IMG/VR virus record: IMGVR_UViG_2703718842_000001
Strand: one strand, 5' to 3'
DNA length: 36,745 nucleotides
From: a virus
Taxonomy: Duplodnaviria > Heunggongvirae > Uroviricota > Caudoviricetes
Part shown: positions 16,313 to 25,573 of the stretch, one piece after another
Position numbering within the stretch: the first letter of the stretch is position 1
How the letters are laid out: the number at the start of each line of letters is the position of its first letter
Notes under the pieces: generated by a model
The model's input: the letters and a program-made list of their open reading frames with translations, nothing else
Databases searched by the model: none
What the model was told of the DNA's origin: nothing
Program-made: the position numbers and the translations under genes

Positions 16313-16776
16313 GCAGAGTAACCGCGATTATCTCCGCTCTGGTTATCTGCATCATCGTCTGCCTGTCGTGGGCGGTCAATCATTACCGTGATAACGCCAT
16401 CGCCTACAAAGAACAGCGTGATAAAAAAGTCAGTGAGCTGAAGCAGGCGACCGCCACCATCGCTGACATGCAGCAGCGTCAGCGTGATGTTGCTGCGATC
16501 GATGCAAAATACACGAAGGAGTTAGCCGATGCGAAAACTGAAAATGAAACTCTGCGCGCTGATGTTGCCGCTGGTCGTAAGCGCCTGCGGGTCAATGCCA
16601 GTTGCTCCGCAGCCGTGCGTGAAGCCACCGGACCCACCAGCATGGATAATGCAACCAGCCCCCGACTGGCAGACACCGCTGAACGGGATTATTTCACCCT
16701 CAGAGAACGGTTGATGACGATGCAGAAGCAACTGGAAGGGGCGCAGGAATATATCCGCACCCAGCGCATTAAGTAG
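16309..16776 (+). CDS. Rz: i-spanin Rz (155 aa)
   Basis: ATGA overlap with endolysin stop; N-terminal TM segment ([18 protein letters not shown]) then coiled-coil-like periplasmic region; Rz1 embedded in +1 frame. Confidence 0.8.
   Translation: MSRVTAIISALVICIIVCLSWAVNHYRDNAIAYKEQRDKKVSELKQATATIADMQQRQRDVAAIDAKYTKELADAKTENETLRADVAAGRKRLRVNASCSAAVREATGPTSMDNATSPRLADTAERDYFTLRERLMTMQKQLEGAQEYIRTQRIK
16529..16714 (+). CDS. Rz1: o-spanin Rz1 lipoprotein embedded within Rz (61 aa)
   Basis: GGAG RBS before ATG 16529; signal peptide [20 protein letters not shown] with lipobox VVSAC; Pro-rich mature part. Confidence 0.75.
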   Translation: MRKLKMKLCALMLPLVVSACGSMPVAPQPCVKPPDPPAWIMQPAPDWQTPLNGIISPSENG

Positions 16777-16797
16777 CTGGAGAAAAAACACGAATCT

Positions 16798-17160
16798 GTG
16801 GTTTTTACTGAGCGCGGTGTACACGGTGGAACATATGGCGGGAAGTTTGTTGCTTATGATTATGCAGCATGGCTAAACCCCGGATTTAAATATGCAGCCT
16901 ATAAAGTCCTGGATGACTACTTCACCGGAGAACTTCAGCATCGCAACAGCTTAAGTGCGCAGCTCAATATGAAGTGTCATGAGTTTGATCAGAAAAAAGA
17001 TATGGCGAGCTTCTGTGGACAAGGGCTGGCGGCATGGCGCTATACGAAGCCAGTGTTGGTCGCTGAGATTAACTCCCTGGCTAACCAGCTGCAGATAACG
17101 ATCCCCGGGCTGTCCGGTATTTGCCGGTATGAAATTACCGGAAGGCGCGGTCGTTACTGA
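16798..17160 (+). pseudogene. probable remnant of a KilA-N-domain gene (C-terminal part only, GTG start, no RBS)
   Basis: GVHGGTYGGKFVAYDYAAWLNPGFKYAAYKVLDDYF parallels [34 protein letters not shown] in the intact KilA-N gene at 10235..11032; the N-terminal ~45 residues of the domain are missing. Confidence 0.35.
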
Positions 17161-17424
17161 GTAACAGCAGGCATTACAGCAGCCCTTCACTGAGGGGCTG
17201 CGATAATGTGAGGAATAAAAAACCGGCAGGGGAAATCCATTGAAGATTTGCCGGTGGCAAAAGATGGCCATGCTTTTAACCTTAGTAGCAGAGTTACGGA
17301 GTTCAACAACGACCGTCGCCGTTATCTTGCTGAAAGGCGTTTCAATGATTTTCATCAATTTATTCATCAGCAATGGTGATAATCACTCTCATTTTGGCGG
17401 GTCCTTCCGGTGGGGTGGCCTGCC

Positions 17425-17444
17425 ACGGGGCGGGAGCGTCGCGG
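17425..17444. other. candidate cosN (cohesive-end site) of a lambda-type packaging system
   Basis: ACG GGGCGGGAGCGT CGCGG closely resembles lambda cos ACG GGGCGGCGACCT CGCGG as I recall it; ~170 bp upstream of the small terminase gene. Confidence 0.55.
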
Positions 17445-17613
17445 AAAAAGGCTAGTTTTTGCATTTTTATCGGCCACCATCATCTTTGCATCTTATTGAT
17501 TATTAATGGTTATTTGTTTTTTGTATGTCGAATTGAGCGGTTTTTGTTCGACATCGAACGCGTTTTCTTAAAGTTGTTCGCACGATGCATGTTTAAAGCT
17601 CTCCGGAGGAAAT

Positions 17614-18105
17614 ATGGATCATGAGTTGAAAAACTTGGTGCTGAATATTAATCAACTGGCGGCTTTATCTGGTCTGCACCGCCAGACTGTCGTGGCAAGA
17701 CTGAAAAACATTCGTCCCGCTGGTGGACATGACAAACTCAAGCTATACCGGTTGACCGATATTCTGACTGAATTTATGGGGTTACCACCGCCGGTTGCTG
17801 AGGGCGAAATGGATCCACATGAACGCAAAGCCTGGTATCAGTCTGAACGTGAGCGTCTTAAGTTCGAACAGGAAACGGCACAACTCATTCCGGCCAGTGA
17901 TGTCAGACGGGAGTTTGCCATCTGGGCAAAAGCGGTCGTGCAGGTGCTGGAGACATTACCGGATATTCTGGAACGTGACTGCGGCCTGCAGCCTGCCGCT
18001 GTGAGCCGTGTTCAGTCCATTATTGATGATCTGCGCGATCAGATAGCCCTGCGGGTGACCGAAGCAGGTGCGGATGATGAGGAGGAATTACAGCAGGAGG
18101 AGTAA
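17614..18105 (+). CDS. terminase small subunit (Nu1-like), 163 aa
   Basis: GGAGGA RBS; N-terminal HTH (LNINQLAALSGLHRQTVVARLKNIRPA); acidic C-terminus; precedes large terminase. Confidence 0.8.
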   Translation: MDHELKNLVLNINQLAALSGLHRQTVVARLKNIRPAGGHDKLKLYRLTDILTEFMGLPPPVAEGEMDPHERKAWYQSERERLKFEQETAQLIPASDVRREFAIWAKAVVQVLETLPDILERDCGLQPAAVSRVQSIIDDLRDQIALRVTEAGADDEEELQQEE

Positions 18106-20207
18106 TGCTGAATCAGGAAACCGCAAAGGCAGCACGAACCGATTCAGGTTATATCCTTCGCGCACCGAGACGAATGCTGGTTGCTGATGCCGTTGCTCAG
18201 TATATGCGGGTGCCCATGGGGGCCGGGAATTCAGTCCCGTGGGATCCGCTGGTGGCACCGTATGTTATTGAGCCGATGAACTGCCTGGCCTCGCGTGAAT
18301 ACGACGCAGTGATATTTGTTGGCCCGGCACGAACTGGCAAGACTATCGGCCTGATTGACGGCTGGGTGATTTACAATGTGATTTGCGATCCTGCTGATAT
18401 GCTGATCATTCAGATGACGGAGGAAAAAGCCCGCGAACACTCCAAAAAACGACTTGCCAGAACGTTTCGCGTCAGCCCGGAAGTGGTCAGTCGCCTGAGT
18501 CCGAACAAAAATGACAACAACGTTTATGACAGAACATTCCTTGCTGGCAACTACCTGAAAATCGGCTGGCCGTCAGTCAATATCATGTCCTCATCAGATT
18601 ATAAATGCGTGGCGCTGACGGATTATGACCGTTTTCCGGAAGATATTGATGGCGAGGGGGATGCCTTCTCTCTTGCCTCAAAACGTACCACCACATTTAT
18701 GTCCAGTGGTATGACGCTGGTGGAGAGTTCCCCCGGCAGGGATGTGAAGGATGTGAAATGGCGACGGACTTCACCGCATGAGGCTCCACCAACCACGGGG
18801 ATCCTGTCGCTCTATAACCGTGGTGATCGCCGTCGCTGGTACTGGCCCTGTCCACACTGTGGTGAGTATTTTCAGCCCTGCGGCGATGTGGTTGCTGGTT
18901 TCCGTGATATTGCCGATCCCGTGCTGGCAAGTGAGGCGGCTTATATTCAGTGTCCTTCCTGTTCAGGACGGATTATGCCTGAACAAAAACGTGAGCTGAA
19001 CGGACGTGGGGTCTGGTTGCGGGATGGTGAATCCATCAATGCGGATGGCAGTCGTTATGGTGATCCCCGACGCTCACGTATTGCGTCATTCTGGATGGAG
19101 GGTCCGGCAGCTGCTTACCAGACACTCTCGCAACTCGTTTACAAACTGCTTACTGCAGAACAGGAATACGAGACAACCGGAAGTGAAGAAACACTCAAGA
19201 CGGTTATCAATACCGACTGGGGATTACCTTATCTTCCCCGCGCCAGCATGGAGCAACGAAAAAGTGAACTGCTTGAGCAGCGGGCAGAGCCAGTTCCTTC
19301 CCGCAGTGTGCCGGATGGCGTTAATTTCCTTGTGGCGACAGTGGATGTGCAGGCGGGACGTCATCGCCGTTTTGTGGTTCAGGTAACGGGCTATGGCAGC
19401 CGTGGCGAACGCTGGATTATTGATCGTTACAACATCACGCAGTCATTGCGCGGTGACAGCGACGGGGAGAGCCAGCGAATTGATCCGGCCAGCTATCCGG
19501 AAGACTGGGATGTCCTGCTGACGGATGTTTTTCATAAAAGCTGGCCGCTGGCCTCCGATCCTTCTCAACAAATGCGACTGATGGCAATGGCGGTGGACTC
19601 CGGCGGTGAAGACGGGGTCACTGATAATGCCTATAAATTCTGGCGTCGTTGCCGTCGTGATGGCCTTGGTAAACGTATTTACCTGTTTAAGGGCGACAGC
19701 ATCCGGCGCGCAAAACTGATCACCCGTACATTCCCTGATAACACCGGACGAACGGGCCGACGGGCGCAGGCCGCAGGTGATGTGCCGCTCTGGCTTCTTC
19801 AGACGGATGCACTGAAAGACCGGGTGAATAACGCGTTATGGCGTGACTCGCCAGGTCCCGGCTATGTGCATTTCCCTGACTGGCTGGGGAGCTGGTTTTA
19901 CGACGAACTGACGTATGAAGAGCGGAGCAGTGACGGGAAATGGAGTAAGCCGGGTCGCGGTGCCAACGAAGCTTTTGACCTGATGGTGTATGCCGAGGCT
20001 CTGGTCATTCTGCATGGATACGAAAAGATCCGCTGGCCGGATGCACCGGAGTGGGCGAGCCGGGAAACCTGGCTGGAGTGTGTCCCGGACAGTACCGAAC
20101 CGTCATCCTCACCGGAACCGGTATCCACGCCTGTTAAAAAACAAAAACGGAAGAAAACAGTAACTGACGATGTTAACCCCTGGCTGACTTCCGGAGGATG
20201 GTTATGA
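18105..20207 (+). CDS. terminase large subunit (lambda gpA family), 700 aa
   Basis: size, position and ATPase region (VIFVGPARTGKT Walker A-like) plus a Cys-rich CPHCGEYF..CPSC motif as in GpA-family terminases. Confidence 0.85.
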   Translation: MLNQETAKAARTDSGYILRAPRRMLVADAVAQYMRVPMGAGNSVPWDPLVAPYVIEPMNCLASREYDAVIFVGPARTGKTIGLIDGWVIYNVICDPADMLIIQMTEEKAREHSKKRLARTFRVSPEVVSRLSPNKNDNNVYDRTFLAGNYLKIGWPSVNIMSSSDYKCVALTDYDRFPEDIDGEGDAFSLASKRTTTFMSSGMTLVESSPGRDVKDVKWRRTSPHEAPPTTGILSLYNRGDRRRWYWPCPHCGEYFQPCGDVVAGFRDIADPVLASEAAYIQCPSCSGRIMPEQKRELNGRGVWLRDGESINADGSRYGDPRRSRIASFWMEGPAAAYQTLSQLVYKLLTAEQEYETTGSEETLKTVINTDWGLPYLPRASMEQRKSELLEQRAEPVPSRSVPDGVNFLVATVDVQAGRHRRFVVQVTGYGSRGERWIIDRYNITQSLRGDSDGESQRIDPASYPEDWDVLLTDVFHKSWPLASDPSQQMRLMAMAVDSGGEDGVTDNAYKFWRRCRRDGLGKRIYLFKGDSIRRAKLITRTFPDNTGRTGRRAQAAGDVPLWLLQTDALKDRVNNALWRDSPGPGYVHFPDWLGSWFYDELTYEERSSDGKWSKPGRGANEAFDLMVYAEALVILHGYEKIRWPDAPEWASRETWLECVPDSTEPSSSPEPVSTPVKKQKRKKTVTDDVNPWLTSGGWL

Positions 20208-20416
20208 ACCAGAATGATATCGAAGCCATGATTCAGCGTTATACGGAAGCTGAAATGGCGGTGCTGGACGGAAAATCCGTCACCTTTAATGGTCAGCAGA
20301 TGACCATGGAAAACTTATCTGAGATCCGGCAGGGACGGCAGGAGTGGGAGCGCCGCCTTGCGGCTCTGATTACACGACGACGGGGGCATCCCGGGTATCG
20401 GCTGGCGAGGTTCTGA
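20204..20416 (+). CDS. W: head-tail joining protein, gpW-like (70 aa)
   Basis: ATGA overlap with terminase stop and GGAGG RBS; size and position as lambda W; C-terminal RRRGHPGY resembles the W tail. Confidence 0.65.
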   Translation: MNQNDIEAMIQRYTEAEMAVLDGKSVTFNGQQMTMENLSEIRQGRQEWERRLAALITRRRGHPGYRLARF

Positions 20417-21924
20417 TGGCAATTCTTGATGATGTGATTGGCGTTTTTTCACCAGGATGGAAAGCGGCAAGGCTGCGTTCCCGTGCGGTGATCCAGGCTT
20501 ATGAAGCCGTAAAAACGACGCGGACACACAAAGCCCGACGGGAGAACCGAACTGCCGACCAGCTAAGCCAGTACGGGGCCGTGTCGTTACGTGAGCAGGC
20601 CCGTTACCTTGATAACAACCACGATCTGGTTATTGGTGTATTTGACAAGCTGGAAGAACGGGTGGTGGGGAAAAACGGGATTATTGTCGAGCCACATCCG
20701 GTATTACGCAATGGGGCCATTGCCCGTGATCTGGCAGCGGAGATACGTACCCGATGGAGTGAATGGTCTGTCAGCCCGGAGGTCACCGGGCAGTTTACCC
20801 GTCCGATGCTGGAACGTCTGATGCTGCGTACCTGGCTGCGCGATGGTGAGGTGTTTGCCCAGATGGTTTCCGGGCGCATAAACAGCCTGACGCCTTCTGC
20901 CGGTGTTCATTTCTGGCTGGAGGCGCTCGAGCCAGACTTTATTCCCATGACCAGTGATGAGAGCAACAGGCTGAATCAGGGCGTGTTTGTTGATGACTGG
21001 GGGCGTCCCGAAAAATATCTGGTGTATAAAAGCCGTCCCGTATCCGGACGGCAGATGGAAACCAAAGAAGTGGATGCAGAGCGAATGCTGCATCTTAAAT
21101 TTGTTCGCCGTCTGCACCAGATGCGCGGGACGTCTTTGTTGTCCGGTGTGCTGATCCGCCTCAGTGCCCTGAAAGATTATGAAGATTATGAGCTGACTGC
21201 AGCAAGGATCGCCGCTGCTCTGGGGATGTACATCCGCAAAGGCGACGGGCAGAGCTATGAACCGGATGGTAATGGCAGCAAGGATAAGGAACGCGAGCTT
21301 ACCATTCAGCCAGGCATTATTTACGACGATCTGAAACCCGGCGAAGAAATCGGAATGGTGAAGTCGGATCGCCCCAATCCTAACCTTGAAACTTTTCGTA
21401 ATGGTCAGTTGCGTGCCGTGGCTGCGGGCAGTCGTCTGAGTTTTTCCAGTACAGCGCGCAACTATAACGGCACTTACAGCGCCCAGCGTCAGGAGCTGGT
21501 TGAATCCACTGATGGCTACCTGATCCTGCAGGACTGGTTTATTGGTGCTGTCACCCGCCCGATGTACCGTGCCTGGCTGAAACAGGCTGTGGCATCCGGT
21601 GTTATCAGGCTACCCCGCGATCTTGACCGTTCTTCACTGTATACCGCGGTGTACTCCGGACCGGTGATGCCGTGGATTGACCCTGTTAAGGAGGCTGAGG
21701 CCTGGAAAATTCAGATTCGTGGTGGAGCAGCGACAGAATCAGACTGGGTACGTGCAGGTGGTCGTAATCCGGATGATGTCAAACGTCGGCGCAAGGCCGA
21801 AATTGATGAAAACCGCAAGCTGGATCTGGTATTTGATACCGATCCGGCCAGTGATAAAGGAGGCAGCAGTGCCGCAACGAAACGACAGGAGCCGCAGCAC
21901 ACCGACGACCAGTCCGAAGAATAA
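20416..21924 (+). CDS. portal protein (lambda-family), ~502 aa
   Basis: ATG 20416 overlapping W stop with GAGG RBS; large ORF between W and the capsid-protease gene; acidic C-terminus. Confidence 0.8.
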   Translation: MAILDDVIGVFSPGWKAARLRSRAVIQAYEAVKTTRTHKARRENRTADQLSQYGAVSLREQARYLDNNHDLVIGVFDKLEERVVGKNGIIVEPHPVLRNGAIARDLAAEIRTRWSEWSVSPEVTGQFTRPMLERLMLRTWLRDGEVFAQMVSGRINSLTPSAGVHFWLEALEPDFIPMTSDESNRLNQGVFVDDWGRPEKYLVYKSRPVSGRQMETKEVDAERMLHLKFVRRLHQMRGTSLLSGVLIRLSALKDYEDYELTAARIAAALGMYIRKGDGQSYEPDGNGSKDKERELTIQPGIIYDDLKPGEEIGMVKSDRPNPNLETFRNGQLRAVAAGSRLSFSSTARNYNGTYSAQRQELVESTDGYLILQDWFIGAVTRPMYRAWLKQAVASGVIRLPRDLDRSSLYTAVYSGPVMPWIDPVKEAEAWKIQIRGGAATESDWVRAGGRNPDDVKRRRKAEIDENRKLDLVFDTDPASDKGGSSAATKRQEPQHTDDQSEE

Positions 21925-21937
21925 TTCCTGGTTCAGG

Positions 21938-23896
21938 ATGCAGGCTGGTCACCAGAGTGACGCGGATATTTATATTTATGACGAGATTGGTTTCTGGGGT
22001 GTTACAGCGAAGCAGTTTATCAGTGATCTGAATGCACTGGGCGATATCACCCACATTAATCTCCATATCAATTCACCGGGTGGCGATGTCTTTGAAGGCA
22101 TCGCCATTTTTAATGCGCTGAAAACACATGGTGCGTCCATTACCGTTTATGTCGACGGTGTGGCGGCGTCAATGGCGTCGATCATTGCGATGGTGGGAAA
22201 CCCGGTCATTATGCCGGAAAACACCTTCATGATGATTCATAAACCATTTGGCTTTACGGGCGGTGATGCGGAGGACATGCGCACCTATGCCGACCTGCTC
22301 GATAAAGTTGAGGCGGTTCTGTTACCCGCTTATGCACAGAAAACCGGGAAAACCACCGATGAAATTGCTGCCATGCTGGCGGATGAGACCTGGATGTCTG
22401 GTGCCGAATGTCTGGCACATGGATTTGCTGATCAGGTAACGCCAGCCGTTAAGGCAATGGCATGTATTCAGTCAAAACGTACAGAGGAATTTAAAAAGAT
22501 GCCGGAATCCATTCGAAACATGATTACTCCGCCACGCAACAGTGCTCCACGCGTACAGGATAATGAACCTGAAGCCTCCCGGACGCCAGTGCAGGCAGCA
22601 GCACCCGTGGTGGATGAAAACAGCATCCGTGCGCAGGTACTGGCAGAGCAAAAAGCGCGTGTAAACGGTATTAATGATCTGTTTGCCATGTTTGGCGGGC
22701 GTTATCAGACGCTGCAGGCTCAGTGTCTTGCCGATCCTGAATGTTCGCTGGAGCAGGCCCGCGAAAAGCTGTTGAACGAGATGGGGCGCGAGTCCACGCC
22801 ATCCAATAAAAATACCCCGGCTCATATTTATGCCGGTAACGGTAATTTTGTGGGGGACGGGATCCGCCAGGCGCTGATGGCGCGTGCCGGATTTGAAAAA
22901 GCCGAACGTGATAATGTCTACAACGGGATGACCCTGCGTGAATATGCCCGTATGTCACTGACTGAACGGGGTATTGGGGTTTCCAGTTATAACCCGATGC
23001 AGATGGTCGGTGCGGCGTTCACACACAGTACGTCTGACTTCGGTAATATTCTGCTGGATGTTGCGAACAAAGCCATTCTGCAGGGCTGGGAAGATGCCCC
23101 TGAAACCTATGAACAGTGGACGCGGAAAGGTCAGTTGTCTGATTTTAAAATTGCCCATCGTGTGGGTATGGGGGGCTTCAGTGCTCTGCGTCAGGTGCGT
23201 GAAGGGGCGGAATATAAATACGTCACCACCGGAGATAAACAGGCCACTATTGCACTGGCGACCTATGGCGAGCTGTTCAGTATCACCCGTCAGGCCATTA
23301 TCAATGATGATCTGAATATGCTGACCGATGTCCCGATGAAGCTGGGCCGTGCGGCGAAATCCACTATTGCCGATCTGGTTTATGCCATTCTGACGTCTAA
23401 CCCGAAAATCTCCACAGATAATGTAAGTCTGTTCGATAAAGCGAAACATGCAAACGTACTGGAGAGCGCTGCAATGGACGTGGCATCGCTGGATAAAGCC
23501 CGCCAGTTGATGCGCGTTCAGAAAGAGGGGGAGCGTCATCTGAATATTCGTCCTGCGTTCGTACTGGTACCGACGGCGATGGAGTCTGTTGCTAACCAGG
23601 TCATTCGCTCCTCAAGTGTCAAGGGGGCTGACATTAACGCCGGTATTATTAACCCGGTGAAAGATTTTGCGACCGTTATTGCAGAGCCTCGTCTTGATGA
23701 TAACAGCCAGACCACCTTCTACCTGGCTGCGTCAAAAGGCTCCGATACGATTGAAGTGGCTTATCTCAACGGTGTGGATACGCCATATATTGATCAGATG
23801 GAGGGCTTCAGTGTGGATGGCGTGACAACGAAAGTGCGTATTGACGCCGGTGTCGCGCCAGTTGATCACCGCGGTCTGGTGAAATGTACGGCGTAA
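21938..23896 (+). CDS. fused prohead protease (ClpP/S14-like) and major capsid protein, ~652 aa
   Basis: N-terminal ClpP-like segment (IYIYDEIGFWGV..INSPGGDVFEGIAIFNAL..VDGVAASMASIIAMVG), Ala/Pro-rich linker, then a capsid-like C-terminal domain; start uncertain (weak RBS). Confidence 0.75.
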   Translation: MQAGHQSDADIYIYDEIGFWGVTAKQFISDLNALGDITHINLHINSPGGDVFEGIAIFNALKTHGASITVYVDGVAASMASIIAMVGNPVIMPENTFMMIHKPFGFTGGDAEDMRTYADLLDKVEAVLLPAYAQKTGKTTDEIAAMLADETWMSGAECLAHGFADQVTPAVKAMACIQSKRTEEFKKMPESIRNMITPPRNSAPRVQDNEPEASRTPVQAAAPVVDENSIRAQVLAEQKARVNGINDLFAMFGGRYQTLQAQCLADPECSLEQAREKLLNEMGRESTPSNKNTPAHIYAGNGNFVGDGIRQALMARAGFEKAERDNVYNGMTLREYARMSLTERGIGVSSYNPMQMVGAAFTHSTSDFGNILLDVANKAILQGWEDAPETYEQWTRKGQLSDFKIAHRVGMGGFSALRQVREGAEYKYVTTGDKQATIALATYGELFSITRQAIINDDLNMLTDVPMKLGRAAKSTIADLVYAILTSNPKISTDNVSLFDKAKHANVLESAAMDVASLDKARQLMRVQKEGERHLNIRPAFVLVPTAMESVANQVIRSSSVKGADINAGIINPVKDFATVIAEPRLDDNSQTTFYLAASKGSDTIEVAYLNGVDTPYIDQMEGFSVDGVTTKVRIDAGVAPVDHRGLVKCTA

Positions 23897-23920
23897 ACGT
23901 CGCAGACAACAACTCTGATG

Positions 23921-23940
23921 GCCCGTAAGGGCTTTTTTTG
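23921..23940 (+). terminator. rho-independent terminator after the capsid gene
   Basis: GCCC GTAA GGGC followed by TTTTTTT. Confidence 0.6.
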
Positions 23941-23982
23941 TACCTGAAATCAGCCCCTGAACGGGGCTGTGCGGAGACAGTT

Positions 23983-24306
23983 ATGGCAAAGAATTTTGTA
24001 GAAGAAGGAAAAACGGTGGCGATTGTTGCCAGTGCAGCCATCAGCAGCGGAGATCTGGTGCAGGTGGGTGATGTTTTTGCGGTGGCGCTGACCGATATTC
24101 CACAGGGTGAAACAGGCGACGGCATGACCGAAGGTGTGTTTATGCTGCCTAAGCTGAAAACGGATGACATGAAAACGGGTAAGAAGGTTTATCTGAAGTC
24201 CGGAAAAGTTCAGCTGACTAACAGCGGCTCTGATCCGCTGGTCGGGGTTGTCTGGGCAGATGCCGGAACCAGTGCAGAAGAAGTGCCGGTAAAACTCAAT
24301 GTCTGA
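23983..24306 (+). CDS. putative head decoration/stabilisation protein (DUF2190-like), 107 aa
   Basis: ATG 23983 with GGAG RBS; small Gly/Val-rich protein directly after the major capsid gene. Confidence 0.5.
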   Translation: MAKNFVEEGKTVAIVASAAISSGDLVQVGDVFAVALTDIPQGETGDGMTEGVFMLPKLKTDDMKTGKKVYLKSGKVQLTNSGSDPLVGVVWADAGTSAEEVPVKLNV

Positions 24307-24574
24307 TCCCTTTTCCCGGCTGGCAGCGCGTATGGATGCGATCACGGTCAGAAAGATGGGAAAGACAGCCTCGATTAATGATGCCGATATGACTGTGATC
24401 CCGGGAGAAACACTGGCAGAGCTGAATGCTCTGTCCGGACCTGCGGTCTCTCTGGTGGTGTTTTCTTCGGGATACCGCCCACGGCGCGGGGATCGCGTTG
24501 TTTATGACGGACAACAATGGACGGTCACACGGCATGAACGTTTTAACGGTAAGCCAATGATCTTTATTGAGTAA
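24299..24574 (+). CDS. putative head-tail connector / head completion protein (91 aa)
   Basis: small ORF between the head and tail modules, overlapping the upstream stop; family assignment by position only. Confidence 0.5.
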   Translation: MSDPFSRLAARMDAITVRKMGKTASINDADMTVIPGETLAELNALSGPAVSLVVFSSGYRPRRGDRVVYDGQQWTVTRHERFNGKPMIFIE

Positions 24575-24585
24575 AGAGGTGTGGG

Positions 24586-25164
24586 ATGAAGGGGCTTGAG
24601 AATGCCATCCGTAATCTGAACAGCCTTGATACCCGTATGGTGCCACAGGCCAGCGCATGGGCGATAAACCGTGTGGCACAGAAAGCGGTCTCGGTCGCCA
24701 CCCGGCAGGTTGCCGGGAATACCGTTGCGGGAGATAACCAGGTGAAAGGGATCCCCCTGAAACTGGTACGTCAGCGTGTCCGGGTGTTTAAAGCCAGTCC
24801 GTCAGGAAAAATGACGGCCAGGATCCGCGTTAACCGGGGCAATCTGCCCGCTATTAAGCTGGGGACAGCCCGGGTCAGACTGGCCCGGCGTGGTGGAAAA
24901 CTGCAGTACCGTGGCAGTGTGCTGAAGGTGGGTAAATATCTTTTCCGGGATGCGTTTATTCAGCAACTGGCGAATGGTCGCTGGCATGTGATGCGGCGTA
25001 TTGATGGCAAAAATCGTTACCCCATTGATGTGGTGAAAGTCCCGCTGTCCGGACCGCTGACACAGGCATTTGAAGATGCCCGCGACCGCATTATTGCTGC
25101 GGAAATGCCGAAACAGCTGGGGTATGCACTGAAACAACAACTGAGGTTATGGCTGACCCGATGA
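24586..25164 (+). CDS. Z: tail completion protein Z-like (192 aa)
   Basis: AGAGG RBS; size and position equal to lambda Z; precedes U. Confidence 0.7.
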   Translation: MKGLENAIRNLNSLDTRMVPQASAWAINRVAQKAVSVATRQVAGNTVAGDNQVKGIPLKLVRQRVRVFKASPSGKMTARIRVNRGNLPAIKLGTARVRLARRGGKLQYRGSVLKVGKYLFRDAFIQQLANGRWHVMRRIDGKNRYPIDVVKVPLSGPLTQAFEDARDRIIAAEMPKQLGYALKQQLRLWLTR

Positions 25165-25562
25165 ACCGACATACACAAATCCGCCAGGCCGTACTGGCAC
25201 GCCTTCGGGAACAGTGTGGAGACAGCGCCACGTTTTTTGACGGGCTTCCGGCATTTATTGATGCGCAGGAACTGCCTGCCGTGGCGGTGTGGCTGAGTGA
25301 TGCTCAGTACACCGGAAAAATGACGGATGAAGATGACTGGCAGGCTGTTCTGCATATTGCTGTCTTCATCCGGGCACAGGCACCGGATTCAGAGCTGGAT
25401 ATGTGGATGGAGAGCACCATTTTCCCGGCTCTGAATGATATACCGGCACTTTCCGGACTCATCGACACCCTGATCCCTCTCGGTTTTAACTATCAACGTG
25501 ATAATGAGATGGCCACCTGGGCGATGGCGGAAATCACGTACCAGATCACGTACACGAATTAA
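25149..25562 (+). CDS. U: tail terminator protein U (start 25149 or 25161)
   Basis: RHTQIRQAVLARL..ATFFDGLPAFIDAQELPAVAVWLSDAQYTG..DIPALSGLI..ITYQITY parallels lambda gpU. Confidence 0.85.
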   Translation: MADPMNRHTQIRQAVLARLREQCGDSATFFDGLPAFIDAQELPAVAVWLSDAQYTGKMTDEDDWQAVLHIAVFIRAQAPDSELDMWMESTIFPALNDIPALSGLIDTLIPLGFNYQRDNEMATWAMAEITYQITYTN

Positions 25563-25573
25563 AGGAGGTGGCA

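Noticed and set aside
17160-17420. Small ORFs 17240..17455 and 17373..17624 and hairpins upstream of cos
   Set aside because: No RBS or protein-like composition; the region is better explained as the non-coding cos-proximal spacer. The hairpin GCAGCCC..GGGCTGC at ~17181-17205 lacks a U tract, so it is not called a terminator.
22955-23539. 194-aa minus-strand ORF inside the capsid gene
   Set aside because: Antisense to the capsid-protease ORF; composition not protein-like; no start context.
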